Shown piece by piece: positions 20,086 to 30,119 of a DNA stretch of 64,000 nucleotides. The translations under genes and the position numbers were made by a program. The stretch spans positions 64,001-128,000 of the forward strand of contig JBBIGR010000002.1 in NCBI GenBank assembly GCA_037447435.1. The letters run 5' to 3'. Each line of letters opens with the position of its first letter. The first letter of the stretch is position 1. Source of the DNA: Fibrobacteria bacterium (lineage in GTDB: Bacteria > Fibrobacterota > Chitinivibrionia > Chitinivibrionales > FEN-1185). The notes beneath the pieces were generated by a model. It ran no database searches, was not told where the DNA came from, and saw only the letters and a program-made list of their open reading frames with translations.

Positions 20086-21015
20086 ATGAATAAAGGTCGT
20101 AGTTGTCTTTTTGCCGTTATCCTGTTTGCAGCGGGAAGCGTTTTTGTTTGTTCTGCAAAACAGGGCGACGGTCATGCGGTTACAGTTCAGCCAAACGCGG
20201 TACCATCGGCAAAAACAAGCCTTAAAAACAAAATTACCTGGCACGATGGCATCACAGCCCTCAAAGCCGGCGAATTGACAAAAGGCCTTTTGCTTCTCGA
20301 CAGTTTTCGGATGAGCGGTTGCAAAAACGACACTTTCGTGGAACTGTACTCTAAAGAAGCGCTCAATTCGCTTGTGCCGCAAAAGCCCGACTCGGTGGTT
20401 TCCCTTTTTCGTCAATTCACCACCATCGACACCGGACTGTTTAACCCCGCGACCCATTTCTTCACTGTTTCGCAATCGGTCAACAGAAATACATCCAGGA
20501 TAGCGCCGTGTTACACCTACGGCGCCACGTTTGAATTGCGGAAACCCTTCAGGCTGGTTTTTTCCGGTCTGGCGATTACCGAACAAACGGTAATGAATAT
20601 CGGCTTTCATTACGACCCGACGGTCGACGCGTCGCTCAATCGCCAGCGATACGACCGCAAGGACATTGCCTCTTGCAAATTGTACATAGACCTCAGCGCA
20701 ACGCTGGGCTCCCCGATGCAATACATCCGCGACAAAATCAACGGCAAATTCGATTCGATTTCGGTGCGACACGATTTCAGCGACAAACAGGGAATTTCAT
20801 TGCGGTGCATAACGCGGTCCCGTAACAACGACGACGATTCCTATACTGCAATTGCCACCTTCGACAAGATGCTGCCCGACGTGCATACCCATTCCAATCG
20901 CCGGTCCGATACGACCATGACCCTGGTACGCTATACCCTCATCGCGCAATCCTGCAACGGCAATGCCGACCGCATCGAGGCGCGGTTTCTTACCGTACTG
21001 CATAATCTTTTATGA
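20086..21015 (+). CDS. Hypothetical exported protein
   Basis: 309-aa ORF with a hydrophobic N-terminal signal-like segment; no family recognised. Confidence 0.6.
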   Translation: MNKGRSCLFAVILFAAGSVFVCSAKQGDGHAVTVQPNAVPSAKTSLKNKITWHDGITALKAGELTKGLLLLDSFRMSGCKNDTFVELYSKEALNSLVPQKPDSVVSLFRQFTTIDTGLFNPATHFFTVSQSVNRNTSRIAPCYTYGATFELRKPFRLVFSGLAITEQTVMNIGFHYDPTVDASLNRQRYDRKDIASCKLYIDLSATLGSPMQYIRDKINGKFDSISVRHDFSDKQGISLRCITRSRNNDDDSYTAIATFDKMLPDVHTHSNRRSDTTMTLVRYTLIAQSCNGNADRIEARFLTVLHNLL

Positions 21016-22209
21016 TATTTTTTGAGAGGTTTTCTTTTGGAGCTGCAGAAAAACAAAATACCCGCCGATCCAACCGATAGCCCCCAGACCTATCGCCAGC
21101 ACGATACTGCCGAAAAACCACTCTATGCCGCCGTTGATTATTGCGCCATATTTCGAGTGTGATGCGGCAACAACCATATACTGCGGGACAACTATTTTAC
21201 CGATGGCAACCGCTGCCGCAATGATAAAAGGCAAAAACGGGAACGACGAAATGCTGACCCCTAAAAAGGCTAACGGCCTATTGAGCTTAAGTAAAAAGCT
21301 CAGCGCCATGAGTGAAATTACCTGAAACCCGTAAATCGGCAATAACCCGAAAAATATCCCAAAAGACAACGAACTTGCGGCTCGTTTTGGCGTGCTGTGC
21401 GCGTGAAGTTCCCGTTTGAAAAGAGCCAGGATTTTCTCTTTCCACGAGGCACCCGGCATGTCGACGATTAAAAACGGAAGCAGTATTTTTATAAGCGCCG
21501 CCTTCGAATTTACTTTTGATATCCTTAAAAAATCACGTACCGGCCTGAAATGCGACACCCTGTTTTCCCGGGGTTCGTAATGACGATGTACGGGAATGCC
21601 GATTACGGGAATGCCTTGCCAGGCCGCTTTTATCAGAACGTCCTGCTCGTATTCATATCTGCCGCCTTTACATCCGAGTGCGGCGATACGGCTCAGCGGA
21701 TACGCGCGAAACCCCGATTGCGTGTCGGCAATGGCGATACCCGTGAAGAACCTGTACCAGAACGCCCCGAATTTCGCACCGACGGATGACCGCAGAGGCA
21801 TATTGTCTCGGTTTCCCCGCAACGTTCTTTGCCCAATGTAAAGTGCGTCCGGATTTTCCTTTAATTTTTCCGAAAACAGCGGTATGTCCTGCGGATAATG
21901 CTGGCCGTCGGCATCTATGGTAATTGCATGGGTAAAGCCCATGGACGAGGCAGTTTCAAATCCTGCCTTTAAAGCGAATCCTTTTCCGCGGTTTATTTCA
22001 AAATCGACAACGACCAGTCCTTTTACAGAAGACTGCATTCCCCGGATAATTTCTCCGGTAGTATCGGTCGAACCGTCATTGACAATGATAATATCCCGGA
22101 TATGAGGATGCGATTCGTTAACAACCCGCTCTATCGTGAGCGGGTTGTTATACGTCGGGACGATAATTGCGATGCGCACGGGCGAACCGTCGGATTTTGC
22201 CGTGTTCAT
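21010..22209 (-). CDS. Family 2 glycosyltransferase fused to a C-terminal DUF2062 membrane domain
   Basis: IIVPTYNN, VNDGSTD, NRGKGFAL, TIDADGQH, DTQSGFRAYP, SHFRPVRDF; C-terminal STPKRAASSLSFGIFFGLLPIYGFQ. Confidence 0.88.
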   Translation of the reverse strand: MNTAKSDGSPVRIAIIVPTYNNPLTIERVVNESHPHIRDIIIVNDGSTDTTGEIIRGMQSSVKGLVVVDFEINRGKGFALKAGFETASSMGFTHAITIDADGQHYPQDIPLFSEKLKENPDALYIGQRTLRGNRDNMPLRSSVGAKFGAFWYRFFTGIAIADTQSGFRAYPLSRIAALGCKGGRYEYEQDVLIKAAWQGIPVIGIPVHRHYEPRENRVSHFRPVRDFLRISKVNSKAALIKILLPFLIVDMPGASWKEKILALFKRELHAHSTPKRAASSLSFGIFFGLLPIYGFQVISLMALSFLLKLNRPLAFLGVSISSFPFLPFIIAAAVAIGKIVVPQYMVVAASHSKYGAIINGGIEWFFGSIVLAIGLGAIGWIGGYFVFLQLQKKTSQKIS

Positions 22210-22212
22210 GAA

Positions 22213-23511
22213 TTACTTCGAAAGCTTGCGTTTGCGCTGATCGATGACCCGTATTTTTTTTGTGGTTGTTGCGCCGCGATAATGCTTTATGGTGGCCGCA
22301 TTCGACACCAGTACGGGCAATTGCACTCGCGCCTCGGTACGCAAATGGGAAATGATCTTTTCCAAATTCGAAGGCGGCGTCACTGCCTGGATGGTGACCC
22401 GGTCCGATAACGATTCGTCGTCTTCCAGAATTATGACATAATCCTCGATACCGTCTATGGCGTCCATGACATTGGTGATCGCAAGCGGATAAATCGTCGT
22501 GCCTTTGAATTTAATCATTTGAGATTTGCGGCCCATGATGGGCCCGATGCGCAAGGAATTCCTGCCGCAGGCGCACGTACCCGGCACCTTGAAAGTAATA
22601 TCGCCGGTGCGGTACCGTAAAAGCGGAATACCTTCGACGCCGAGCGGGGTAGCGACGAGCTCGCCGACCGCGCCGTCCTCGACGGGATTTCCCACTTCAT
22701 CGACTATCTCGGTATACACGAGTTCCGGATGCGCATGACCGCCGTATTGGGTCGTGCATTCGCAGTACGCGGTCGAAAGTTCGGTCGACGCGTACGTGGA
22801 AAAAACCTTTGCATTATATAATTCCTCGAGCGCTCTGCCGACCGAATTCAATTCCATGTCCTGGTTGCGCAACGCTTCGCCGATGGCGAATATTTTCTGT
22901 ACCGCGGAACCGCGCGTATCGAATCCTTTTTTGTTAAGCTCCTTGGCGAGCTTTAATAAAAACGACGGCACCCCGACGATGACGGTCGGTTTCAGCAATT
23001 CGATATAATGCTGCTGCATGTCGAACGGCAAGACGCCGATGCGGGCGGTATTCGCACCAAGCAACGTAAGTCCCCGATAATACGCCATGCCCGCGATGAA
23101 CAGTCGGTCGAGCGAGGCCAGGATTTGGACCTTGTCTTTGGCCGTGACCCCCGCGGCATGAAACGACAATGCCTCATTAAACGCAAGGCGGTCGATGTCG
23201 GCGGCGGTCATGGAAAAAACCAGCGGCTTTCCGGTAGAACCGGACGTTACTACGGTTTCCACGATTTGCTGCGGCACGACGCCCAGAAACAAATCGACAT
23301 CTTCGACCAGTTCCCGTTTTTCCGTAAGCGGCAGTTTTGCGATGTCCGAAATGGTTTTGATGTCTTCCGGGAAAACATCAAACAGCGAGTTTTGATAATG
23401 GGGAGACACTTCCTTGACATGACGCACCTGGTTGCGCACAGCGCGTACCGAGCGCGATTCTATTTCGTCTACAGACATGAATTCCCACGATAATTCGGGT
23501 CTAAAAACCAA
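22213..23511 (-). CDS. Phenylacetate-CoA ligase-like acyl-adenylating enzyme (PaaK/ANL family)
   Basis: TSGSTGKP, IGEA, STYASTE, PLLRYRTGDI, CACGR, KGTTIYP; TTG start. Confidence 0.85.
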   Translation of the reverse strand: MVFRPELSWEFMSVDEIESRSVRAVRNQVRHVKEVSPHYQNSLFDVFPEDIKTISDIAKLPLTEKRELVEDVDLFLGVVPQQIVETVVTSGSTGKPLVFSMTAADIDRLAFNEALSFHAAGVTAKDKVQILASLDRLFIAGMAYYRGLTLLGANTARIGVLPFDMQQHYIELLKPTVIVGVPSFLLKLAKELNKKGFDTRGSAVQKIFAIGEALRNQDMELNSVGRALEELYNAKVFSTYASTELSTAYCECTTQYGGHAHPELVYTEIVDEVGNPVEDGAVGELVATPLGVEGIPLLRYRTGDITFKVPGTCACGRNSLRIGPIMGRKSQMIKFKGTTIYPLAITNVMDAIDGIEDYVIILEDDESLSDRVTIQAVTPPSNLEKIISHLRTEARVQLPVLVSNAATIKHYRGATTTKKIRVIDQRKRKLSK

Positions 23512-25918
23512 GGATGATACCTCCTGCTGGAAAAAACATCAATTGATACACCGGCGTCGGCGCGGGCCGGGAATCGGCGTAAATTCTGGTCCATATATTT
23601 TTTTGGCCGTATACATTTTGCAAATCAAAATAGTAGATCAGTTGCAAAAAACCAAAGCCAAATCGGCGCTCCCACCGTATATCGAGTTTATGGTATGCAC
23701 CGTACACGTCCGCGTTTAGCGCGGCGTCGGAATCCACATACCATCGACGATACGTTTGATCGTATACCGGCGACGTGTGCGGCCGCGCTCCCAGATACCG
23801 CCATTTCGCGGAAATTTCGTTCCGGTCGCCAATAGGCATCACCCACGACAGCATGGCAAACCAGCGGTGGCGTTTCAGCGCCTGGTACCAGGCATAGCCG
23901 AGCAGTTCTTTTTTCCACCCGCCGCTCAGCGTGACCATCGAGACAAAATCGTAATCGCCCCGGTACCACTCGCCCTCATGGCCCGGCCGCATGTCCTGCA
24001 TTTCCGATTTCGACAGCGAATATGCCGCGCTCCAGGAAAACTCATTTGTCAATTTTTTCTGGGCGAACAATTCCAAACCGTAGCTGCGCCCCTTTCCAAC
24101 CGATACCAGCGTGTTGGACTGGGAAAACCGTTCGGCCGGCGATTTGGACGCATTCGACAAAAGCAACGACGAATCGAGGGGCATGTCCGACATTTTTTTG
24201 TAATATCCCTCGATAATGCATTTGACGCCGGTTCGTTCGAACACATATTCCAGCCCGCCGATACCGATCATGATGTTTTTCGGCTTCAGCCCTCTGTTGA
24301 AATCGGCCTTGACAATATCCGCGTAGTCCGGGTCCTGGTATTGTATGCCGAAGGCGGCTGTCGCCTCCAATGCCGACGACAGCATATACGACGCGCCGAG
24401 CCGGGGCGAAACCGTAACGCTCTTGATATACGGGAACGCGTCGAAACGCAGGCCCGGCATGATGCGGATGCGGCTTGCGGGCCTGACAATGGAAGAAATG
24501 TAGCCGCCGTATTTATACGCGACATCGGCGCCGTGTGCCGCCGATTCCTCGGTAACGGGCTTGCCGTTATTATCATATACGACCGTGCCCGCCGAATCGC
24601 CGGGACCGGCGTATGTTTTTAGGGTGTCGCTGTTTTGCCTGATCTCGATATCGAAATTCGCGCGCTTCACTACGCCGCCGATCATAAGCCTGTTGTTTCC
24701 CGGAAAATCGTAGGCAATTTGGCCTTTAAGCGCCTGTTCTTCTTCGGAAGAGGTATTCTTGTATACCGTGTCCTGGCCCGTGTACTCTAATCTGTCAAAA
24801 GTATTTCCCACCCCCGAAACCGTAAACGATGTCGAAACCGCCTTGGAAACGCTTTGTTCCCATGTCGCTCCCACCGCATAGACCTTGCCGCCCGAAAGTA
24901 TGGTCGACCCGACGGTACCGTACAAGGAATCGGCATTGTCGATTTCAATGCTGTTGTCGCCGTAAACGCCGTTTGCGTACACTTTCGTATCCGCCGTGTT
25001 ATACGCGAGCCTTGCCTGTGCGCCCCAGTATTTCGGAACGGCAACCGCTTCGGTGTTAAACCGGGAATTCGCAATGAAATCCAAATAGCTTTTGGTGGCC
25101 GACACCATGAAATTCGATTGCTTGGTCATCGGACCTTCGGCGTGAAAGCCCAAACCGGCAACGCCCAAATCGACACCGCCCAAAACCATGTCGCTGTTTC
25201 CGTCGCGCAGTTTCACGTCCAAAACCGACGAGGCCTTTCCGCCGTATTGCGCCGGAGGAGCGCCGGCATTGAACGTCAGGCCCTTTACCAGCAACGGATT
25301 GACAAGAGAAATGACCCCGCCGCCGCTGCCCTGTTCGGCAAAGTGGTTTGGGTTCGGTATTTCTATATTGTCCAGAAGAAAGAGGTTTTCGCCCGGCACG
25401 CCGCCCCGGACCACGATTTCATTGGTCTTGTCCCCGCCCGACGCAACACTGGGCAGGTTCTGCACGACACGCTGCACATCCATGATCGCACCGGGCGCAC
25501 GTAAAAGCTCGTCGTAGGTTATGATCTTTGTCGACGACGCCATGTCCGGAGGACGCCGAAAGGCATTTGCACGGACCACCATACGGTCAACCGGTGTCGC
25601 TTTGGCTGCGGGTTCAAGTTCGGCATCAAGCTGTTTTTTCTCCTCGCCCGATACGTACGCGTCGCCGATGAACGTCGCCTCATAATTTGGATGGGAAAAT
25701 AAAACCGAATGGCTTCCCGGCGACACCGAATCGAAAGAATAATTTCCCGACTGGTCCGTGTGCGCGGTACAGGCCGGGGCCGAGACGATCACGAGCACCG
25801 ACGGTATTTTTTTCCCCGTTTGCGCGTTTGTCACCGTGCCGGCAATGATTCCGGCAATCCCCGGGAAATAACAAATCAAACAAAAAAAGCAGATCGTTTT
25901 AAAAAACCGCATGCTCAT
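23501..25918 (-). CDS. TonB-dependent receptor with N-terminal carboxypeptidase-regulatory-like domain
   Basis: Plug motif VRGGVPGENLFLLDNIEIPNPNHF, YGGKASSVL, SPRLG, GRSYGLEL and terminal F. Start set at ATG 25918, an ATGA overlap with the radC stop. Confidence 0.9.
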   Translation of the reverse strand: MSMRFFKTICFFCLICYFPGIAGIIAGTVTNAQTGKKIPSVLVIVSAPACTAHTDQSGNYSFDSVSPGSHSVLFSHPNYEATFIGDAYVSGEEKKQLDAELEPAAKATPVDRMVVRANAFRRPPDMASSTKIITYDELLRAPGAIMDVQRVVQNLPSVASGGDKTNEIVVRGGVPGENLFLLDNIEIPNPNHFAEQGSGGGVISLVNPLLVKGLTFNAGAPPAQYGGKASSVLDVKLRDGNSDMVLGGVDLGVAGLGFHAEGPMTKQSNFMVSATKSYLDFIANSRFNTEAVAVPKYWGAQARLAYNTADTKVYANGVYGDNSIEIDNADSLYGTVGSTILSGGKVYAVGATWEQSVSKAVSTSFTVSGVGNTFDRLEYTGQDTVYKNTSSEEEQALKGQIAYDFPGNNRLMIGGVVKRANFDIEIRQNSDTLKTYAGPGDSAGTVVYDNNGKPVTEESAAHGADVAYKYGGYISSIVRPASRIRIMPGLRFDAFPYIKSVTVSPRLGASYMLSSALEATAAFGIQYQDPDYADIVKADFNRGLKPKNIMIGIGGLEYVFERTGVKCIIEGYYKKMSDMPLDSSLLLSNASKSPAERFSQSNTLVSVGKGRSYGLELFAQKKLTNEFSWSAAYSLSKSEMQDMRPGHEGEWYRGDYDFVSMVTLSGGWKKELLGYAWYQALKRHRWFAMLSWVMPIGDRNEISAKWRYLGARPHTSPVYDQTYRRWYVDSDAALNADVYGAYHKLDIRWERRFGFGFLQLIYYFDLQNVYGQKNIWTRIYADSRPAPTPVYQLMFFPAGGIILGF

Positions 25919-26604
25919 CGTTGTGCCTTCCACCGAGGGAAATCGCTGAGGCTGACTATCGTATCGCGGGCAACGATGACGTGATCCAAAAGCGGCATTT
26001 CAAGTAATTTACAAATATTATACAGCCGTTCGGTGATTTCCCAGTCGGCCGGCGAAGGTTCCGCGGTGCCGCCCGGATGGTTATGCGCAATGATGAGCGA
26101 TGTCGCCTTGTATCGCAACGCTTTATCGATAATGGTGCGGGGATACACGGCGCATTGATTGACCGTTCCCTCGTGGACGATTTCGGTTTCGATCACATTG
26201 TTGCCGTTGTCAAGGAACAGCACCGCGACATATTCGTCCGGCTTATACCCGAAAGCGAACCGCAGGTATTCCTTTACGTCGTTACGATGATGCACAATCG
26301 GTTTTTTATGGTATTTCTCCGCGAGGCAATAGGCGGTCACGTCCCTGAACAATACCAATAAGAGGCCGGCCTTTCTGCCGATCCCGGGGACTTTCTCAAC
26401 GTCCTCGCTGTCGGCGTGCAAAAGCCCGGATAGGGTTTTATATTTGCGCAGCAGTTCTTTTGCAATGGGTTTTGTGTCTTTACGGGGAATCGCAAAGGTC
26501 AATATCAGCTCGACGATTTCATAATCCTGCAGCGACGCGCAGCCGTTTTCTTCGAATCGCGAAAGCAAACGGCCGCGATGTCCGGCATATCCTTCGTCGG
26601 GCAT
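25915..26604 (-). CDS. radC: RadC family (UPF0758) JAB-domain protein
   Basis: GHRGRL, PRKDTKPIAK, HhH motif VPGIG, GTVNQCAVYPR, HNHPGGxxEPSxAD, LLDHVI. Confidence 0.92.
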   Translation of the reverse strand: MPDEGYAGHRGRLLSRFEENGCASLQDYEIVELILTFAIPRKDTKPIAKELLRKYKTLSGLLHADSEDVEKVPGIGRKAGLLLVLFRDVTAYCLAEKYHKKPIVHHRNDVKEYLRFAFGYKPDEYVAVLFLDNGNNVIETEIVHEGTVNQCAVYPRTIIDKALRYKATSLIIAHNHPGGTAEPSPADWEITERLYNICKLLEMPLLDHVIVARDTIVSLSDFPRWKAQR

Positions 26605-26620
26605 AAACGTTCCTTTTGTC

Positions 26621-27943
26621 TTACCACTCGATTGCCAAGGCAGCGATGGTCACCCCTGCCCCAACCGAACACAAGACGATTTTGTCGCCTTTATGCAGAT
26701 CTTTCTGTAATTCCAGTAAAGCAAGAGGAATGCTCGCGCTGGAGGTGTTTCCAACCCTGTCGATATTGATGTAAAACCGTTCGAACGGCACGCCGCCCTT
26801 TTGCGCGGCAGCCTTGAGAATGCGTGCGTTTGCCTGATGAGGAACAACCCAGTTTACATCCTGGGGCAACCATCCGCTTTTTGCCGCAGCTTCCGAGATA
26901 ATGGAAGCAAACCCGCCCGTGGCGAATCGGAACAGGGCATGCCCGGCGGTCCGGATCCAGGGGTTCAGGTTTTCAATGCCGAACGGGATTTTGAACCCGG
27001 GTACCGATCGCTTTGCAAGCAATAAACCCTTGGAATCGGCCTTGAGGACTGCCTGCTTGATTGCATGGCCCGGCCTGCTTCCGCTCACGATGGTTGCGCC
27101 GGCGCCGTCACCGAAGAGGAAATAGGTGCCCATATCTGTTTTGTCAATGAGTTGCGATTGAATTTCCGTACCCACGACCAGGATATTGTCTGCGGCACCC
27201 GATACGATCATGCCGCGCGCCATGGTAAGCGCGTATAGCCAGCCGGAGCAGGCAGCCTTGATGTCGAACGAGGGAATACCTCGTATGCCGAGCAAGTCCT
27301 GCAATATGCAGGCAGTGGACGGCATGGCCACATCCGGAGTCTCGGTCGACACGATGATCCCGCCGATGTCCTTTGCTTCAAGCCCGGAACGCTTGATGGC
27401 CTCTATTGCCGCCTGATACGCCATTTCCGATGGTTTTTCACCTTCTTTTGCCCAACGGCGTTCCCTGATGCCGGTCACGCCGAAAATGTAATCTTCGGTA
27501 ACGGCGGGAAATTCTTTCAATAATTCTTTGCTGGTCACCACACGGTCGGGCAAATAGCCGCCCAATCCTAAAATGCAAACATTACCCGCAACCGTAACGC
27601 TTGGCGAAGGCTGAGCAGGGAGCACGTCGGATTTCTCCACGTCCGATTTCACCGCCTGTGCTGCGGGAATGGAGTTTTTCATGCTCACGTCGCTTGTTTC
27701 AATTTCCAAAACAGCTGCTTCAAACGAAATGGTCTCGCCTTCGACGCACAGCACGCGAACGACGGTTCCGTCACAGGGCGCTTCAAAATCGAACGCAGCC
27801 TTTGCGCTTTCGATTTCACCCAAGATCTGACCTTTTGTAAATTTTGAGCCGACCGACACATTCCACTTCGTAATGGTGGCTTCTGTTTCCGCTGCGGCTT
27901 GGGACGGCAAATACAATGCGATGGTAAATACGTCAGCACTCAC
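26621..27943 (-). CDS. Fusion of a lipoyl domain and beta-ketoacyl-ACP synthase III (FabH-like)
   Basis: N-terminal GEIESAKAAFDFEAPCDG (lipoyl Lys48), A/P/S-rich linker, then TGIRERR, AACSG, FGDGAGA, VPHQAN and GNTSSAS (Cys-His-Asn triad). GTGA overlap with the E1 gene. Confidence 0.9.
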   Translation of the reverse strand: MSADVFTIALYLPSQAAAETEATITKWNVSVGSKFTKGQILGEIESAKAAFDFEAPCDGTVVRVLCVEGETISFEAAVLEIETSDVSMKNSIPAAQAVKSDVEKSDVLPAQPSPSVTVAGNVCILGLGGYLPDRVVTSKELLKEFPAVTEDYIFGVTGIRERRWAKEGEKPSEMAYQAAIEAIKRSGLEAKDIGGIIVSTETPDVAMPSTACILQDLLGIRGIPSFDIKAACSGWLYALTMARGMIVSGAADNILVVGTEIQSQLIDKTDMGTYFLFGDGAGATIVSGSRPGHAIKQAVLKADSKGLLLAKRSVPGFKIPFGIENLNPWIRTAGHALFRFATGGFASIISEAAAKSGWLPQDVNWVVPHQANARILKAAAQKGGVPFERFYINIDRVGNTSSASIPLALLELQKDLHKGDKIVLCSVGAGVTIAALAIEW

Positions 27944-29943
27944 GATTTCTCTCCAATCAATTGTGATAATTCTTTTGCAACCTGCTCACGCGATGGCCGG
28001 TAAAACTGTTCGAGCTCCGCGGCAAACGGTACCGGCATGGGCGGAGCGCTTATCAAAACCGGCTGTTTTTTCAAAAAGGAAAAACATTGCCTGCAAACAT
28101 GAGAAATGATCTGGTCGCCCAACCCGGCGATCTCCGTGCTTTCCTGAACGACAAGCAATTTCCCCGTCTTTTTCACCGATTCCAATATATTATTCAGGTT
28201 GAGCGGCGCCATGACGAAAGGATTCCATATGTCAACCTTCGCCTTGATGTCCTGACTCGCGTTGATTGCAATGTCGCACATGGCGCCGAACGCGACGACC
28301 GTACACTCGTCGCCGTCGGCATATTTGCGTTCCCGCCACACCTTGGCGCAATCGCCGTCGAACCGCACGTCTGTTCCGCGCACGCTGTTGTACAGCAATT
28401 TGTGCTCGAAAACAAAACAAGGGTTGGGGTCGTAAAAACCCGCAACAAGCGCTTCGAACATTTCTTGCGGTGTAAACGGATATAAAAGCTTGACGCCGCA
28501 GAATCGCGACCAAAGCCCTTCGAATTCCCCCGAATGAAACGCGCCCAGGGTGACGCCGCCGCCGCACGGCAAACGGAACAGCACCGGCGCTCCGTTGCCG
28601 CTGCGGAAATACCAGGTGCCGCAATTGAGACCGAGTTGCGTTGCGCATTCGGTTGCAAAATCGGCAAATTGAAATTCGACGATCGGCAGCGCTCCGGCTT
28701 GCGATGCGCCGAGGGCAAAACCGGTTATTGCCGATTCTGCAATAGGCATGTCCATGACGCGGTCGGTGCCGTATTTTTCAAACAGGCCTTTACCTGTTTT
28801 AAATGCGGAACCGTACGGCCCCACATCGAGTCCCAAAAGCGCGGCACGCGGGTTATTGGATAATATATAATCCTGCGCCATGGTCACGGCGTTGATGAAC
28901 TTGACTTTTGTCGCCTGAAACGGCGGGACGGTCCGAGAATGGTCCCCTTCCTTAAAAACGGGCGAATGCCCCAGCGCGACGACCGGATTGGGCCGCGGCG
29001 GAATCAGCGCGGCCTTGACCGCGGCTTCGACTTCGGCCGCAATCGGCTCTTCTATGGCAGCGATGGCATCGTCCGTCAATCCGACGTCCAAAAGTGCGGC
29101 GCGCGCCCGCATCAGCGGTTCGCGTTTGAGCCACTCGTCTTTTTCCTCTTTTGTCACATACTCGGCCTTATCGTAGACCGCATGACCTTCCAATCGCAAT
29201 GTTTGACTTTCAAGAATGAACGGCAGAGACGTTTCGTCCATTTCTGCGAGGGCGTCGCATACGGCGCTGTATACTTCCCAGACGTCGGTGCCGTCTATCG
29301 TTTTGCCGTTGATGCCGTATCCGCGCGCACGCTCCGAAAGGTTTTTGCAATTGTATTGGAGTTTTGTCGGCGTGGAATAGGAATAGTGGTTGTTCTCGAT
29401 AAGAAACAAAACAGGGACCTTACGCACCGAAGCGATATTCACGGATTCGTGAAATTCGCCTTTGCTGCTGCCGCCGTCGCCGATAATGGCCAGGCCGAAG
29501 GCGTCTTCGCCGCCCTGGCGCGCGGCCCAGGTTCCGCCCACGACAACCGAAAGCATATTTGACAAATGACTAATCATGGGAAAACGCCGCATGGCCGCAT
29601 TGCCGTGATGGACATTGCCTTCGCGCGCGTGCGACGGGCTGTCGGCATTGGCGATGTATTGGCAGAACATCTGATAGGGCGTATCGCCCAAAATCATATG
29701 CGCGGCAAAATCGCGTTGCATCAGGGACGTCACATCTTTACCCGGGCGAAGCGGAAGGCTCATACCGACGCTGGTCGCTTCGTTTCCGACGCTCAGAGTA
29801 ACGGTTCCCTTTACATACCGTTTAACGTAAAGTTCATTGAGCTTTTCTTCCATTTTCCGTGAAAGAAACATCCAGGAATAGGCGAGAGGAAGAAAATCCT
29901 CTTTCTTCATTTTTTGCGGATAACGCGGAATTGCGGTATTCAA
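27940..29943 (-). CDS. 2-oxoacid dehydrogenase E1, fused alpha and beta subunits (ThDP-dependent; branched-chain type suspected)
   Basis: GDGGSSKGEFHE...ENN ThDP motif and RLEGH; beta part DMPIAE, EFQFADF, GAFHS, FEHKLLY; TTG start. Confidence 0.9.
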   Translation of the reverse strand: MNTAIPRYPQKMKKEDFLPLAYSWMFLSRKMEEKLNELYVKRYVKGTVTLSVGNEATSVGMSLPLRPGKDVTSLMQRDFAAHMILGDTPYQMFCQYIANADSPSHAREGNVHHGNAAMRRFPMISHLSNMLSVVVGGTWAARQGGEDAFGLAIIGDGGSSKGEFHESVNIASVRKVPVLFLIENNHYSYSTPTKLQYNCKNLSERARGYGINGKTIDGTDVWEVYSAVCDALAEMDETSLPFILESQTLRLEGHAVYDKAEYVTKEEKDEWLKREPLMRARAALLDVGLTDDAIAAIEEPIAAEVEAAVKAALIPPRPNPVVALGHSPVFKEGDHSRTVPPFQATKVKFINAVTMAQDYILSNNPRAALLGLDVGPYGSAFKTGKGLFEKYGTDRVMDMPIAESAITGFALGASQAGALPIVEFQFADFATECATQLGLNCGTWYFRSGNGAPVLFRLPCGGGVTLGAFHSGEFEGLWSRFCGVKLLYPFTPQEMFEALVAGFYDPNPCFVFEHKLLYNSVRGTDVRFDGDCAKVWRERKYADGDECTVVAFGAMCDIAINASQDIKAKVDIWNPFVMAPLNLNNILESVKKTGKLLVVQESTEIAGLGDQIISHVCRQCFSFLKKQPVLISAPPMPVPFAAELEQFYRPSREQVAKELSQLIGEKS

Positions 29944-30119
29944 TGACCCTCACTCGGCAAATATAATGGGTTTATATGATTCTATAATATACGTTAGGCT
30001 TTTTATGTTGGATTTGATTTTTAGCCATGAAGAAAATCTAATTCGAATTTTCCTTTATGATTATTATTGTCATAATTAGCGGGTCATAAGTAGAAACGCA
30101 CGAGAGTATATTAATATCT

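Noticed and set aside
20059..20772. 237-aa minus-strand ORF
   Set aside because: Antisense to the longer signal-peptide-bearing ORF 20086-21015; no motifs.
25915..26604. radC as a marker of an integrated element
   Set aside because: It is the full-length chromosomal type with an HhH region, embedded in an operon, with no integrase or att repeats.
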